Shown piece by piece: positions 1 through 8,798 of a stretch of DNA of 64,000 nt (its first letter is position 1; each line of letters opens with the position of its first letter). This stretch comes from a virus (lineage: Duplodnaviria > Caudoviricetes): IMG/VR virus record IMGVR_UViG_3300008255_000098; one strand, 5' to 3'. The notes under the pieces were generated by a model. The model saw nothing but the letters and a program-made list of their open reading frames with translations, was not told the DNA's origin and ran no database searches. The translations under genes and the position numbers were made by a program.

Positions 1-585
1 GATAATGAACCAGTTTATGCGTGGTCTTGTAGGAATTTGAGATTTGGCTGTGAGCGACAAGTAGAAGCGTTTGTTGGATATATTTTTGATGAAGCTCGAA
101 TACAAAAATTTGATCCTTGGCTTGTTGCAGCAATGGCATGGCATGAATCTAGATTTAATCCATTTGCGGTGTCAAACGAAAATGCTTTTGGTATTCTCCA
201 AATGCTAAGAAGGTCTAGATGGTCTTCAGGATTACGGTTTGTTCATAATCCACAATATAGGACTCGTTGTAGAAATGAGTTGGGTTCATGTCAGCGAGAA
301 ATTATAGAAAGATCCATATATTGGACCAGAAAAACAATATCTATCTGTGGGTCAATCCAGGGCGGACTACGAATGTATAATTCAGGTCGTTGTGACGGAC
401 CACGTAGATATTCAAGAGCAGTTTTAGGATTACAACAAAGATTTTTAGCAGAAGCTAATGAATTTAAAGCAAACGGACATTTTGAAAATTTGACATTTCA
501 TTATTTACCAATAACATGTTCAAATAGTTTAGCAAATAACATTTTTGCTGACAAACAATCCATTATTGTGACTACTTATCTGTGA
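1..585 (+). CDS. Lytic transglycosylase (SLT-like), 5'-truncated by the window edge
   Basis: LVAAMAWHESRFNPFAVS..AFGILQM and GLRMYNSG motifs; frame is open from base 1. Confidence 0.75.
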   Translation, partial: DNEPVYAWSCRNLRFGCERQVEAFVGYIFDEARIQKFDPWLVAAMAWHESRFNPFAVSNENAFGILQMLRRSRWSSGLRFVHNPQYRTRCRNELGSCQREIIERSIYWTRKTISICGSIQGGLRMYNSGRCDGPRRYSRAVLGLQQRFLAEANEFKANGHFENLTFHYLPITCSNSLANNIFADKQSIIVTTYL

Positions 586-591
586 GAAATT

Positions 592-867
592 ATGAAAATA
601 CCCTTTTTTAAAAACACCGCTGGTGAGCCTTCTGCATCTTTGACAATGGCTTTGATAGCATTTCTTGTTGTCACATTATGGCTATTGATATGGTTAATAG
701 CCACTCCCCTTGGAGCCGCTATTCCAGAATTTGATGCTGGAACTGCAATGACCTATTTAATGCCAATTTTGACTTTGTATTTTGGTAGAAGATATACTGC
801 CAAAATTAAAAATGGTGATAAAGCGGCTGAGATTAATTTAGAGGCCCCTACGCCACCAGAAACTTGA
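592..867 (+). CDS. Small two-TM membrane protein, holin-like
   Basis: Two hydrophobic helices and a basic C-terminus, directly after the transglycosylase. Confidence 0.4.
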   Translation: MKIPFFKNTAGEPSASLTMALIAFLVVTLWLLIWLIATPLGAAIPEFDAGTAMTYLMPILTLYFGRRYTAKIKNGDKAAEINLEAPTPPET

Positions 868-1005
868 AAAATACTTTTTAAGTTAAAAGCAGTTCACAAC
901 GTTATATTTACAACAAAAGGAATATAAAACCCATTCATAATTTTTACATAAATAAATATAAAAACATCAAAGATAATAAATATTAAAAATCAAGATTTAG
1001 AAAAC

Positions 1006-1139
1006 AATATTTTAAAAAAACTGTCTGGTTCAGGAACTGAGTCGGACACTAAACAAAAACGGAATAAGGCGTTGCCATTAGGGTAAGTCTGCGACCTCCG
1101 AAACCCATCCCACGACTAAGTTGTAGGTGGGTAGTTCAC
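1006..1139 (+). mobile_element. Orphan IS200/IS605 right end / TnpB omega-RNA-like module (type A1)
   Basis: Encodes a TnpB-like tail NILKKLSGSGTESDTKQKRNKALPLG*; ends in a hairpin plus GGGTAGTTCAC; near-identical to 26572-26680. Confidence 0.75.
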
Positions 1140-1176
1140 GTGTTAGACTATTAGCTCCTAAGATGGAAAGTATAAT

Positions 1177-2052
1177 ATGGCAAATATAAAATCAGTACCA
1201 GAACTACAAAAACGCATCCGTACCTTAGTAAAAGAGGAGGTCGCTGCGGCGCTCCGAGAAGATATTAACCCTCAATTTAGGAAGGTTTATAACAAAAAAG
1301 AGTTTTCTGCCTGGCTGGTAAGACAATTTTTTTCACATAAAAGTAGAACCAAAATTTGGTATGACCCATCGGTAAATGAAACTAATGTGTTAGAAAAGAT
1401 TTCTGAACTTACACAAAAAGGAGTCTTTCCGGCTACTCCAAAAGCTTTAGTGTCTACTTGGAATATGAAGGGACAATTAAATAAAGCTATGGGTGAAATG
1501 GACCGTGAAGAAAAAACAGCAGCCAGAAAAGCAGCTAAAGCAGATTCTTCTAGTGACGAAGACAAAGTAAAATATAAAACTGGAGAAGTATCTCTGAGAG
1601 ATATTGGCCAGGAGCTTGGTGGAGTCACCCCTACCATGATAAATAAGCTTGGGGCCAAAGCTATGGAAGATTTCAAAACTTTAAATTTTGGCAAAAGACC
1701 AGAAACACTAACTCCCGCAGAAAAAAATCAACAGTTTGAACAAACAGAACAGGCGAGACATGACGCCGCTGAGGAGTTTGCAGAGTTATTGCATAACTCT
1801 GCCTCTGTAGAAGAATTCTTGGACACCCTAAAACGCAATATGGTTTTGTCTCCAATGGATCTCAAAACTATTACGCCAGAAGAACTAGATGGATTAGAAA
1901 TTCTTAAAGAAAAAGATCCTGAGCGAGCCAAGCTTATTTTGATTCAGGATATCGAAGAAGATGATAATTTATTCAAGTCGTACCAGTCTGCTGTCTATAG
2001 GAAAATTTTCCCGGCTGGTAAACGAGGAAGACCTAAAAAGGTAGTAGACTAG
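1177..2052 (+). CDS. Hypothetical protein with a sigma-region-4-like HTH and terminal AT-hook-like motif
   Basis: VSLRDIGQELGGVTPTMINKLGAKAM resembles the sigma4.2 HTH; C-terminal KRGRPKK. Confidence 0.45.
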   Translation: MANIKSVPELQKRIRTLVKEEVAAALREDINPQFRKVYNKKEFSAWLVRQFFSHKSRTKIWYDPSVNETNVLEKISELTQKGVFPATPKALVSTWNMKGQLNKAMGEMDREEKTAARKAAKADSSSDEDKVKYKTGEVSLRDIGQELGGVTPTMINKLGAKAMEDFKTLNFGKRPETLTPAEKNQQFEQTEQARHDAAEEFAELLHNSASVEEFLDTLKRNMVLSPMDLKTITPEELDGLEILKEKDPERAKLILIQDIEEDDNLFKSYQSAVYRKIFPAGKRGRPKKVVD

Positions 2053-3413
2053 TGTTCACACAGATTTCCAATAATTTGGAACTAGAGGGGTGGCAGTTGA
2101 TGCGCACCCTTCAATGTTTAAAAATATATGAGTTTGACAACATATACGACATGTCAGGATTTTCTTTAAAAATTTTGTCAATGAAGTGTTCGTCTAAAAT
2201 TGAAATATCGGTTACCCCAAATGAGTTTACTAAGATTGTTGAAGTATCCATTATTTCTGAAAATAACTGTCAAAAAAAAAGTTAAAAAAATTATCAAAAA
2301 TATTGAGGACATATACAATTATTACAAAAATACTAAATTAGTATAATGGGTAAAAATAAAAAAGAAATTGATGGTGAAACTTATATAGTAAGTGAAGAAA
2401 TTGATTTCAACGACATTGACTTAGAAAACATGGTCGATAATAGTGAGCATGTTACAAATGTCAAAATTTCTTACTCTAATGACACTAATGACACCAATGA
2501 TAACGAAGAACTTGTTATTGACAATCCTGATTCAATTGAAGAAAGAATATGGCTTGAAGTAGTTATTGAATTTTCCTCGGAGGAAGAAAAAAACTATACC
2601 GGAATTTTGGAAACGATACATATATCAAAAGATATAACTCATTTCTATTTATTGCTTAATAGAGAGCAAGCTTGTGAAATTGTTAATAATTTTGCGAAAG
2701 ATACATTTGCTGGAAATAAAATATTCCTGAAAAAATATAAAAGTTTTTATCTTAATCAAGAGTGTGTATTACATTTAGAGGACAAATGCATTATTACTAA
2801 TTGTAGTATGCAAGATTTAGATCATAAAGATATATTTGTAAAAGTAAATTTTAGTATTATTTACTGATGTTGGTTCCTAATTATACACAAGGATTTTATA
2901 ATGACTAAAAAGACTAGCCCAAGAAAAGAACACGACCTTGTTAAAGAACGTCGTTCCAGATATATTAAAAATTTGATTGAAGAAGCGATTGTTAATGTTA
3001 TAGCTGAACAAGAAAATCAGTTACAGGCAACACAACCGGAAGCATTGCCTCCTCCCGTGGCTACTCCGCAAAATCAAGCGCAGAAAACCGTTCAGGCGGA
3101 ACAAAATTTTTCTGTAGATGATTTGATAGAAGCACTTAATGTTGTTCGAGGTGGTAGGTCATTTTCAGACCCTGAAGTTTACGGAAAGCTTGTTACTTTT
3201 TTCAAGAATACTTCTGACGAACAACGTGTTGTTCTAGAGAATTTATTGACACAAATAGCAGGTTTGGTTACAGGAATCGAAGAAAAAGAAGAAGAAGAGG
3301 GGAAACAAGGTCCGAGTGGGCAACCAACTTCACAAGACGGAGCCCCACAACAATCAGCGCCAATGCCTGGCGCACAAACAGCGGTCGGCGCCGCAGGAGT
3401 AGGCGCTGCCTAG

Positions 3414-3752
3414 GTGAATAAAATTAGTAAATTGCTGGCTAATCAAAAATTTTTGATCGTTATAGCAGTTCTATTAGTTGTGTTCAATATTGTCGATGCT
3501 GGAGTTTCATATTGGGCAATTTGTGTAGTAAAAATTGCACGTGAGGCTAACCCATTTATGAGAAGCTTATTGGAAACTTCCCCAATTTTATTCTTTGTAA
3601 CCAAAATTACTTTTTCTTCTTTTGCGGCAGTGTTTCTTTATCGCCTCAGAAAAAACAGTTTTGCCACGATTGGATTATTTGCGAGTTTTTTGGGATATTT
3701 CGCTTTAGTCATATTTTTGCTCACAGAAGTTGTAATTTTCGTAAACATATGA
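3414..3752 (+). CDS. Membrane protein (DUF5658-like)
   Basis: NIVDAGVSYWA..EANPFMR..FFVTK pattern with three TM segments. Confidence 0.5.
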   Translation: MNKISKLLANQKFLIVIAVLLVVFNIVDAGVSYWAICVVKIAREANPFMRSLLETSPILFFVTKITFSSFAAVFLYRLRKNSFATIGLFASFLGYFALVIFLLTEVVIFVNI

Positions 3753-4123
3753 AATCATTAGAATTTTTATTAGGTTCACATGTTTGGGTATGTGTGCTAG
3801 TATAAAGTATAGGTCAAAATGACAGAACTTAAACGAAAAACAGAAATGCGTAGATTTAGACTAAAGCGTATTGAAGACGAATCAGGAGTGTCAGGTACGG
3901 GATACGTATCCGAAGGAATTAAATTTTCTAATGGAAATTGTGTAATTACCTGGCTCACAGATACAAGTAGTATGGGAATATATCACAGTACTGTTGAATT
4001 ATTACATATACACGGACATTCTGGACGTACGATTATCGAGTGGATAGATAATGAAAATGCTACTGGTTCTGGGACAGTATTAGATAATTAAAAAAATAGA
4101 TTACTCGATTAGTAAAAAAGAAG

Positions 4124-4153
4124 TTTACAACATACTTAGGATCTGCTATACTG
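4124..4153 (+). promoter_or_regulatory. Sigma70-like promoter upstream of the first tRNA cluster
   Basis: TTTACA, 18 nt, TATACT with an extended -10 TG; ~30 nt before tRNA-Glu. Confidence 0.5.
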
Positions 4154-4184
4154 ATTTAACAAACTACTTTTTATAGTTATTTTT

Positions 4185-4259
4185 GGCCCTATAGTTTAAT
4201 GGTAGAACAGCCGCCTCTCAAGTGGCTAACGGAGGGTTCAATTCCCCCTAGGGTCACCA
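4185..4259 (+). tRNA. tRNA-Glu(CTC)
   Basis: Cloverleaf; GCCGC-CTCTCAA-GTGGC; encoded CCA. Confidence 0.9.
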
Positions 4260-4425
4260 AAATAGTAAAATTTGTCACAACTCTTTTAGAGGTTGTGAGT
4301 CAATGTTCTCTGAAAACAGAATACGTCTTTATTAGTTTGTCTGTACTAACACCAGTAAACAGACAACTGTAAAGGCGAGTTAGCGTTTGTAAATCATTCA
4401 GTTTACCACGCTCTCGCTAATACTT

Positions 4426-4501
4426 GCCAACTAAGCTAATCTGGTGAAAGCACTCGGTTGAAGCCCGAGGTAGCCCGGATCAAAACCGGGAGTTGGTACC
4501 A
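4426..4501 (+). tRNA. tRNA-Phe(GAA), atypical T-loop
   Basis: CTCGG-TTGAAGC-CCGAG; T-loop ATCAAAA; CCA. Confidence 0.85.
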
Positions 4502-4598
4502 AATCCAAAATAATAGAATAATAGAATAATAGAATTACCATTCTATAGACCGTCAGGCAGGAATTTTTTTCCTTCTATGAAGGACATAAAATAATAAT

Positions 4599-4723
4599 AC
4601 CGCCAGTTCTTGGCGGTTACATGTGTGGAGCTATAAATAAGACTTCTTCTTTACAAAAGAAGAAGCACAAAGTAGTGAAACCCGAAGCCTAACCCACCGC
4701 CCTAGCGTGGGTGAGTAGTTCAC
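4599..4723 (+). mobile_element. Orphan IS200/IS605 right end / omega-RNA-like module (type B1)
   Basis: GTGAAACCCGAAGCC..CCCAC..GTGGGTGAGTAGTTCAC, shared with 32882-32947. Confidence 0.7.
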
Positions 4724-4795
4724 AGGTTATTGGTGTAATGCGTAGCACAATGGATTCCAAACCCATTAGTTAGAGTTCGAGTCTCTAGTAGCCTG
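4724..4795 (+). tRNA. tRNA-Trp(CCA)
   Basis: AGGTTAT/GTAGCCT acceptor; loop TTCCAAA; TTCGAGT T-loop; no encoded CCA. Confidence 0.8.
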
Positions 4796-4865
4796 CTAAT
4801 AATGATAAAAGGTGGGAAACATCTGTCTGGCCAATAATATTGATTGGCTATAGGCCATATATTTT

Positions 4866-4940
4866 AGGATCATAGCATAATCTGGCTAGTGCTCTCCCCT
4901 GTCACGGGAGAATGTGTGGATTCGAATTCCACTGGTCCTG
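4866..4940 (+). tRNA. tRNA-Asp(GTC)
   Basis: CTCCC-CTGTCAC-GGGAG; canonical T-arm. Confidence 0.88.
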
Positions 4941-5069
4941 CTAAATTATCAGCATGATGGAGTAACAGGCAAATTGGCCTAAAATAACATGAAAATTGAG
5001 TTCGAGACGCTTATAATGTGTGGTTTTAGCTCTCGATGATGATAATTCCCCCATTTTATGATGGGGCAT

Positions 5070-5146
5070 GGGCTTTTGGTGTAATGGACAAGCACGTCGG
5101 GCTCTTAACCCGTAAAGTCAGAGTTCGAGTCTCTGGAGGCCCACCA
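5070..5146 (+). tRNA. tRNA-Lys(CTT)
   Basis: Loop CTCTTAA; cloverleaf; CCA. Confidence 0.9.
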
Positions 5147-5454
5147 AATATTTTTCAAGGTTACAAGGAGTCAAATGAAATATAAAGTAGAGTTTGAGGT
5201 CTCAACAGATATAAAATATTCTTCTATAGAAGAATGTATAGAGGACTTTTGGGATCTATTCATTGCAAATGGTCGTCTTACTGTTTTAGAAAATAAAATT
5301 AGATTATTAATTGATATTAAAAAAAATCTAGTTCCTCCAGTAATGCAAAAAGCTGCCAATGAAGCATACAAAAATCAAGAAAATACTTATAACAGTGTAA
5401 AAAACTTTTCTGTTTCTCCTTTAGAAGAAGAAGAAGATAATAAATAAACATTTT

Positions 5455-5526
5455 GCGTCCGTAGTCTAATGGAAGGGCATCGGCCTTCTAAGCCGGGGTG
5501 TGTAGGTTCGAGTCCTACCGGACGTG
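5455..5526 (+). tRNA. tRNA-Arg(TCT)
   Basis: CGGC-CTTCTAA-GCCG; GCGTCCG/CGGACGT acceptor. Confidence 0.88.
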
Positions 5527-5536
5527 CTAATATCAT

Positions 5537-5651
5537 TTAGTGGTAGTTTAGTGGTAGAACACCCGCAGATAACGGCCTGATGCAAGTTTGATTCTTGCAC
5601 ATGTTGGCACTCTGGGGCTTGGAAACACATGTTTGATTCATGCTCACTAAA
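5537..5651 (+). tRNA. Aberrant tRNA-like element with two T-arms (Ile GAT-like), possibly a pseudogene
   Basis: TTAGTGG/TCACTAA acceptor, D-arm, CCG-CAGATAA-CGG, two TTTGATT-looped stems. Confidence 0.45.
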
Positions 5652-5660
5652 TGAATATTT

Positions 5661-5737
5661 CCTGCTGGACGGTTCGGTGTAACCTGCCCTCTCTGATAAA
5701 GAGGGCGCACCAAGTTCAACTCTTGGCAGCAGGACCA
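5661..5737 (+). tRNA. tRNA-Ile(GAT)
   Basis: CCTCT-CTGATAA-AGAGG; CCA. Confidence 0.85.
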
Positions 5738-5766
5738 AATAAATTAATAATAGAAAATAGGATAAA

Positions 5767-6354
5767 ATGAAAGATAAAATAGAAGAAATCTGGTTTACAT
5801 CAGATACTCATTTTGGTCATACTAATATATTGAAATATTGTGATAGGCCATTCGCAAACATTGAGGAACACGATGAATATCTAATTTCTCAATGGAATAA
5901 AGCAGTAAAGCCTAACGATAATGTTTATCATTTAGGAGATTTTGCATTTGGAAACGACACGTTTATCAAAAACATCATACGTCGCCTAAATGGAAAAATA
6001 CACTTTATTACTGGTAATCATGATAAAATTATTAACTCTAACAAAACAATACAAGATTCTTTCGCAAGTTATCAACAATATTGCGAAATAAAAGTTTCTA
6101 CAAAAAACAGTAAACAGAAACAATCAATTGTAATGTTTCATTATCCGATAGAATCTTGGAACAAGTGTTATCACGGTGCTTGGCATTTACACGGGCATTG
6201 CCATGGTACTTTTCCTAGTACAAATTTCCAAGCGAGAGTTGATGTAGGAGTGGATATTTGGGAATATACACCAGTCTCATATGAACAAATTAAAAATCAT
6301 ATGAGCGGAAAAGAGTTTAAACCCATAGACCACCATGGTAAAAGAACGAAGTAA
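5767..6354 (+). CDS. Calcineurin-like metallophosphoesterase
   Basis: SDTHFGH, HLGD, GNHD, HGHCH motifs. Confidence 0.88.
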   Translation: MKDKIEEIWFTSDTHFGHTNILKYCDRPFANIEEHDEYLISQWNKAVKPNDNVYHLGDFAFGNDTFIKNIIRRLNGKIHFITGNHDKIINSNKTIQDSFASYQQYCEIKVSTKNSKQKQSIVMFHYPIESWNKCYHGAWHLHGHCHGTFPSTNFQARVDVGVDIWEYTPVSYEQIKNHMSGKEFKPIDHHGKRTK

Positions 6355-6379
6355 CCACTATGCAGCATAGACTGCGCAT

Positions 6380-6454
6380 GGGTCTCTAGCACAACGGCAG
6401 TGCAATGGCCTTTTAAGCCACAGGTTGAGGGTTCGAATCCCTCGGGACCCACCA
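6380..6454 (+). tRNA. tRNA-Lys(TTT)
   Basis: TGGC-CTTTTAA-GCCA; CCA. Confidence 0.92.
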
Positions 6455-6510
6455 AACACTGAAAAGATAAATAACACTGTGTTATATATTTACTGTGTAT
6501 AGGTCATTAA

Positions 6511-7125
6511 ATGAATAATTTCAAAAACATTGCTACTGCAAAGGCAACTAACGATAACAAAAAATTATATGAGGCGAGTCTTGGTAGAATTTGGCAACAT
6601 GTTGTTGAAGCAGATGAAAAATCAATTGCTATACTTACTTCATGGCGAGCAGCAAACAACAAGAAACAAAACCAAAAACAGTTTCAAGATTTAAAAGCTG
6701 CGGTGCGAGGTCTCGGTTTGGGGTTCGTCCAAATAAGAGGGCACTGGAGAGAGTGCCAAAACGACTCTGTTCCGTACGAAAATTGTCCAGAAGAAGAATT
6801 AGTAGATGCAATTGAACCATCACTGTTTATTATTGGAATAAAACAAGAACAAGCAGAGATGTTATCAAATCAATATAAACAAGATGCTTATATTTTTGCT
6901 GGACCTGAATCTAAAGGTAAAGTCGTTTTATTATTCAAAGGCGGCGAGTCAATGGAAATTGGTTCTTTCAAACCCCAAACTTTGGGACAAGCCTATTCGG
7001 AACTAATAAAATCTAAATTAGCTAGTCCAAAATATTTTAAATTTGAAGGAATAGAGTATACTGCACAAACTTGGGTAGAAACTCTAATAGAACAAGAAGT
7101 TAGAAAAACACTAGCAAATATTTAA
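6511..7125 (+). CDS. Conserved phage protein (DUF3293-like)
   Basis: ILTSWRA..L..AVRGLGLGF and YKQDAYIF patterns. Confidence 0.35.
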   Translation: MNNFKNIATAKATNDNKKLYEASLGRIWQHVVEADEKSIAILTSWRAANNKKQNQKQFQDLKAAVRGLGLGFVQIRGHWRECQNDSVPYENCPEEELVDAIEPSLFIIGIKQEQAEMLSNQYKQDAYIFAGPESKGKVVLLFKGGESMEIGSFKPQTLGQAYSELIKSKLASPKYFKFEGIEYTAQTWVETLIEQEVRKTLANI

Positions 7126-7133
7126 TAATTCAT

Positions 7134-7203
7134 AATTAGGGTAGCTTAAATAAAGCCTATTGTCGTATAATAGAAGTTCTAGGTCAAATCCTAGTCCTAA
7201 TTC
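7134..7203 (+). pseudogene. Degenerate tRNA (CGT anticodon position)
   Basis: ATTAGGG/TCCTAAT acceptor; CTATT-GTCGTAT-AATAG; 6-nt T-loop; D-loop lacks GG. Confidence 0.45.
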
Positions 7204-7205
7204 AT

Positions 7206-7281
7206 TCAGGGTTAGCCATCTGGTGAAAGCACTCGCCTGTTAAGCGAGTCAAGGTGAGTTCGATCCTCACACCCTGAGCCA
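7206..7281 (+). tRNA. tRNA-Asn(GTT)
   Basis: CTCGC-CTGTTAA-GCGAG; CCA. Confidence 0.9.
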
Positions 7282-7345
7282 GTATACCAATGTGTCTCTT
7301 ATAAAAGCAACAGTGCCAGTGTCACAGGTAAAATATAAATAATAT

Positions 7346-7419
7346 TCGGGGATCGTTCAATGGCAGGACCGGAGACTCTGAATCTCCTTATCTAGGTTCG
7401 AATCCTAGCCCCCGGACCA
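7346..7419 (+). tRNA. tRNA-Gln(CTG)
   Basis: GGAGA-CTCTGAA-TCTCC; CCA. Confidence 0.9.
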
Positions 7420-7468
7420 GTATTTGTTTAGTACAGCGGAAGATAAATATTTTCACTTAATGTAATAT

Positions 7469-7539
7469 TCGGGATTCGTCTAAAGGCAAGACTATAGGCT
7501 TTGAACCTATGAATGTTAGTTCGATTCTAGCATCCCGAT
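7469..7539 (+). tRNA. tRNA-Gln(TTG)
   Basis: ATAGG-CTTTGAA-CCTAT. Confidence 0.88.
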
Positions 7540-7731
7540 CTAAAATAGCTTTGCTTTGCTTGGAATCATTTATGTAGTCCGGTCATCCGGTATGTAAACG
7601 GTTAGAAGGTTTGAGTTTGTGTTCAAATAATATTCCTTTGTTTGAAACATTCACGTGTTACGCAACTCTGTTGCGACATAAATGTCTAGAAGATTTAAAA
7701 TCTGGATTACTCTCAAAATATGTTATTTTTA

Positions 7732-7810
7732 CGGCGTGTAGCCCAGTTTGGTTTAGGGCACCTGCTTTGGGAGCAGGAGGTCGTGGGTTCAAATCCCTCC
7801 ACGCCGACCA
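7732..7810 (+). tRNA. tRNA-Pro(TGG)
   Basis: CCTGC-TTTGGGA-GCAGG; C1-G72; CCA. Confidence 0.92.
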
Positions 7811-7875
7811 AAATTAAATCCGGTGGTGAGTATTGTGGTCCTAACAAGGATGGTTTTAGGATAATTTTTAATTTT

Positions 7876-7950
7876 GCGTCTGTAGTTCAAAGGACAGAGC
7901 ACGGGTTTCCTAAACCCGGAATGAAGGTTCGAGTCCTTCCAGATGCGCCA
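7876..7950 (+). tRNA. tRNA-Arg(CCT)
   Basis: CGGGT-TTCCTAA-ACCCG; CCA. Confidence 0.92.
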
Positions 7951-7964
7951 AATTTTTTTATCAT

Positions 7965-8042
7965 CAGTCAGAGTGCCATGAGGTAGGCAACCGCATTCGG
8001 ATTGCGGAAGACGTGTGAGTTCGAATCTCGCCTGACTGACCA
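7965..8042 (+). tRNA. tRNA-Pro(CGG)
   Basis: CCGCA-TTCGGAT-TGCGG; CAGTCAG/CTGACTG; CCA. Confidence 0.82.
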
Positions 8043-8220
8043 AAATCTTTTCACCTATTATACTATTGATAATAAGCTGCGTCGCAGATTGAATCCTGCG
8101 ATTTTACCATTTATTTTAGGTGGGTCTGTGACGACCGAAGAAGAAAAAGAAGAAGAAGCCCGACCCATCAATTTTTTTGCTCTCTTCTTCTTTATGGGCA
8201 GTCTACTAGGTGATAAATGG

Positions 8221-8292
8221 GGGGGTTTAATTTAATCGGGAAAATACATGCTTCGCAAGTATGAGTCATGGGATCGTAACCCATAACCTCCA
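8221..8292 (+). tRNA. tRNA-Ala(CGC)
   Basis: G3:U70 identity pair; CATGC-TTCGCAA-GTATG; T-loop ATCGTAA. Confidence 0.8.
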
Positions 8293-8379
8293 CTATCCGC
8301 AGTTTAGAAGTGCCAGCTAGGTTAGTGGTTCGTCAAGATGGCTTCCAGATAGCAGGAAGAGTAAAAGAATAAACAATAT

Positions 8380-8465
8380 GTCGATGTGGGGGAATGGCAG
8401 ACCCGCTAGTCTCAGAAGCTAGTTCCCGAAAGGGAGTGCAGGTTCAAGTCCTGTCATCGACACCA
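8380..8465 (+). tRNA. tRNA-Leu(CAG)
   Basis: Loop CTCAGAA; long variable arm; CCA. Confidence 0.9.
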
Positions 8466-8537
8466 AATTTCGCAAGCTAAAATCCAGGCAATGACTTTGA
8501 ATTATTTGAGAGTTGATGGTTCTCATGCGAAATTTAT

Positions 8538-8622
8538 ACCGACGTGGGGGAATGGCAGACCCGCTAGTCTAAGAAGCTAGTATAGCGAAAGCTGTGTGCG
8601 AGTTCAAGTCTCGCCGTCGGTA
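8538..8622 (+). tRNA. tRNA-Leu(AAG)
   Basis: Paralog of the Leu(CAG) gene with loop CTAAGAA; variable arm. Confidence 0.85.
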
Positions 8623-8666
8623 CAAATGTTTTTTCACACAATTTTCAGGTATAAGATAAATTCATG

Positions 8667-8742
8667 GTGTCCATAGTGTAAACGGTGAACATGGTCGGTT
8701 GTGACCCGGCAGTTAGCGGTTCAAATCCGCTTGGACACACCA
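8667..8742 (+). tRNA. tRNA-His(GTG)
   Basis: GTCGG-TTGTGAC-CCGGC; A73; CCA. Confidence 0.87.
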
Positions 8743-8798
8743 AGGTTTCATAAATATAATGGCGTCACAGTCACTAAATTGGTTTATTTTCGAAACAT

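Noticed and set aside
4511-4534. 8-bp tandem repeat (TAATAGAA)x3
   Set aside because: Short low-complexity slippage in an AT-rich spacer with no evident function.
7650-7660. Self-target of the A1 guide (TTCACGTGTTA)
   Set aside because: Only 6 guide nucleotides match; expected by chance.
5466-8235. ORF-track entries overlapping tRNA genes (e.g. 5466-5738, 7611-7817, 7720-7986, 7789-8043; also 10195-10383, 12705-13007, 56602-56856, 57095-57749)
   Set aside because: These are shadow ORFs created by GC-rich tRNA sequence and show no protein motifs.
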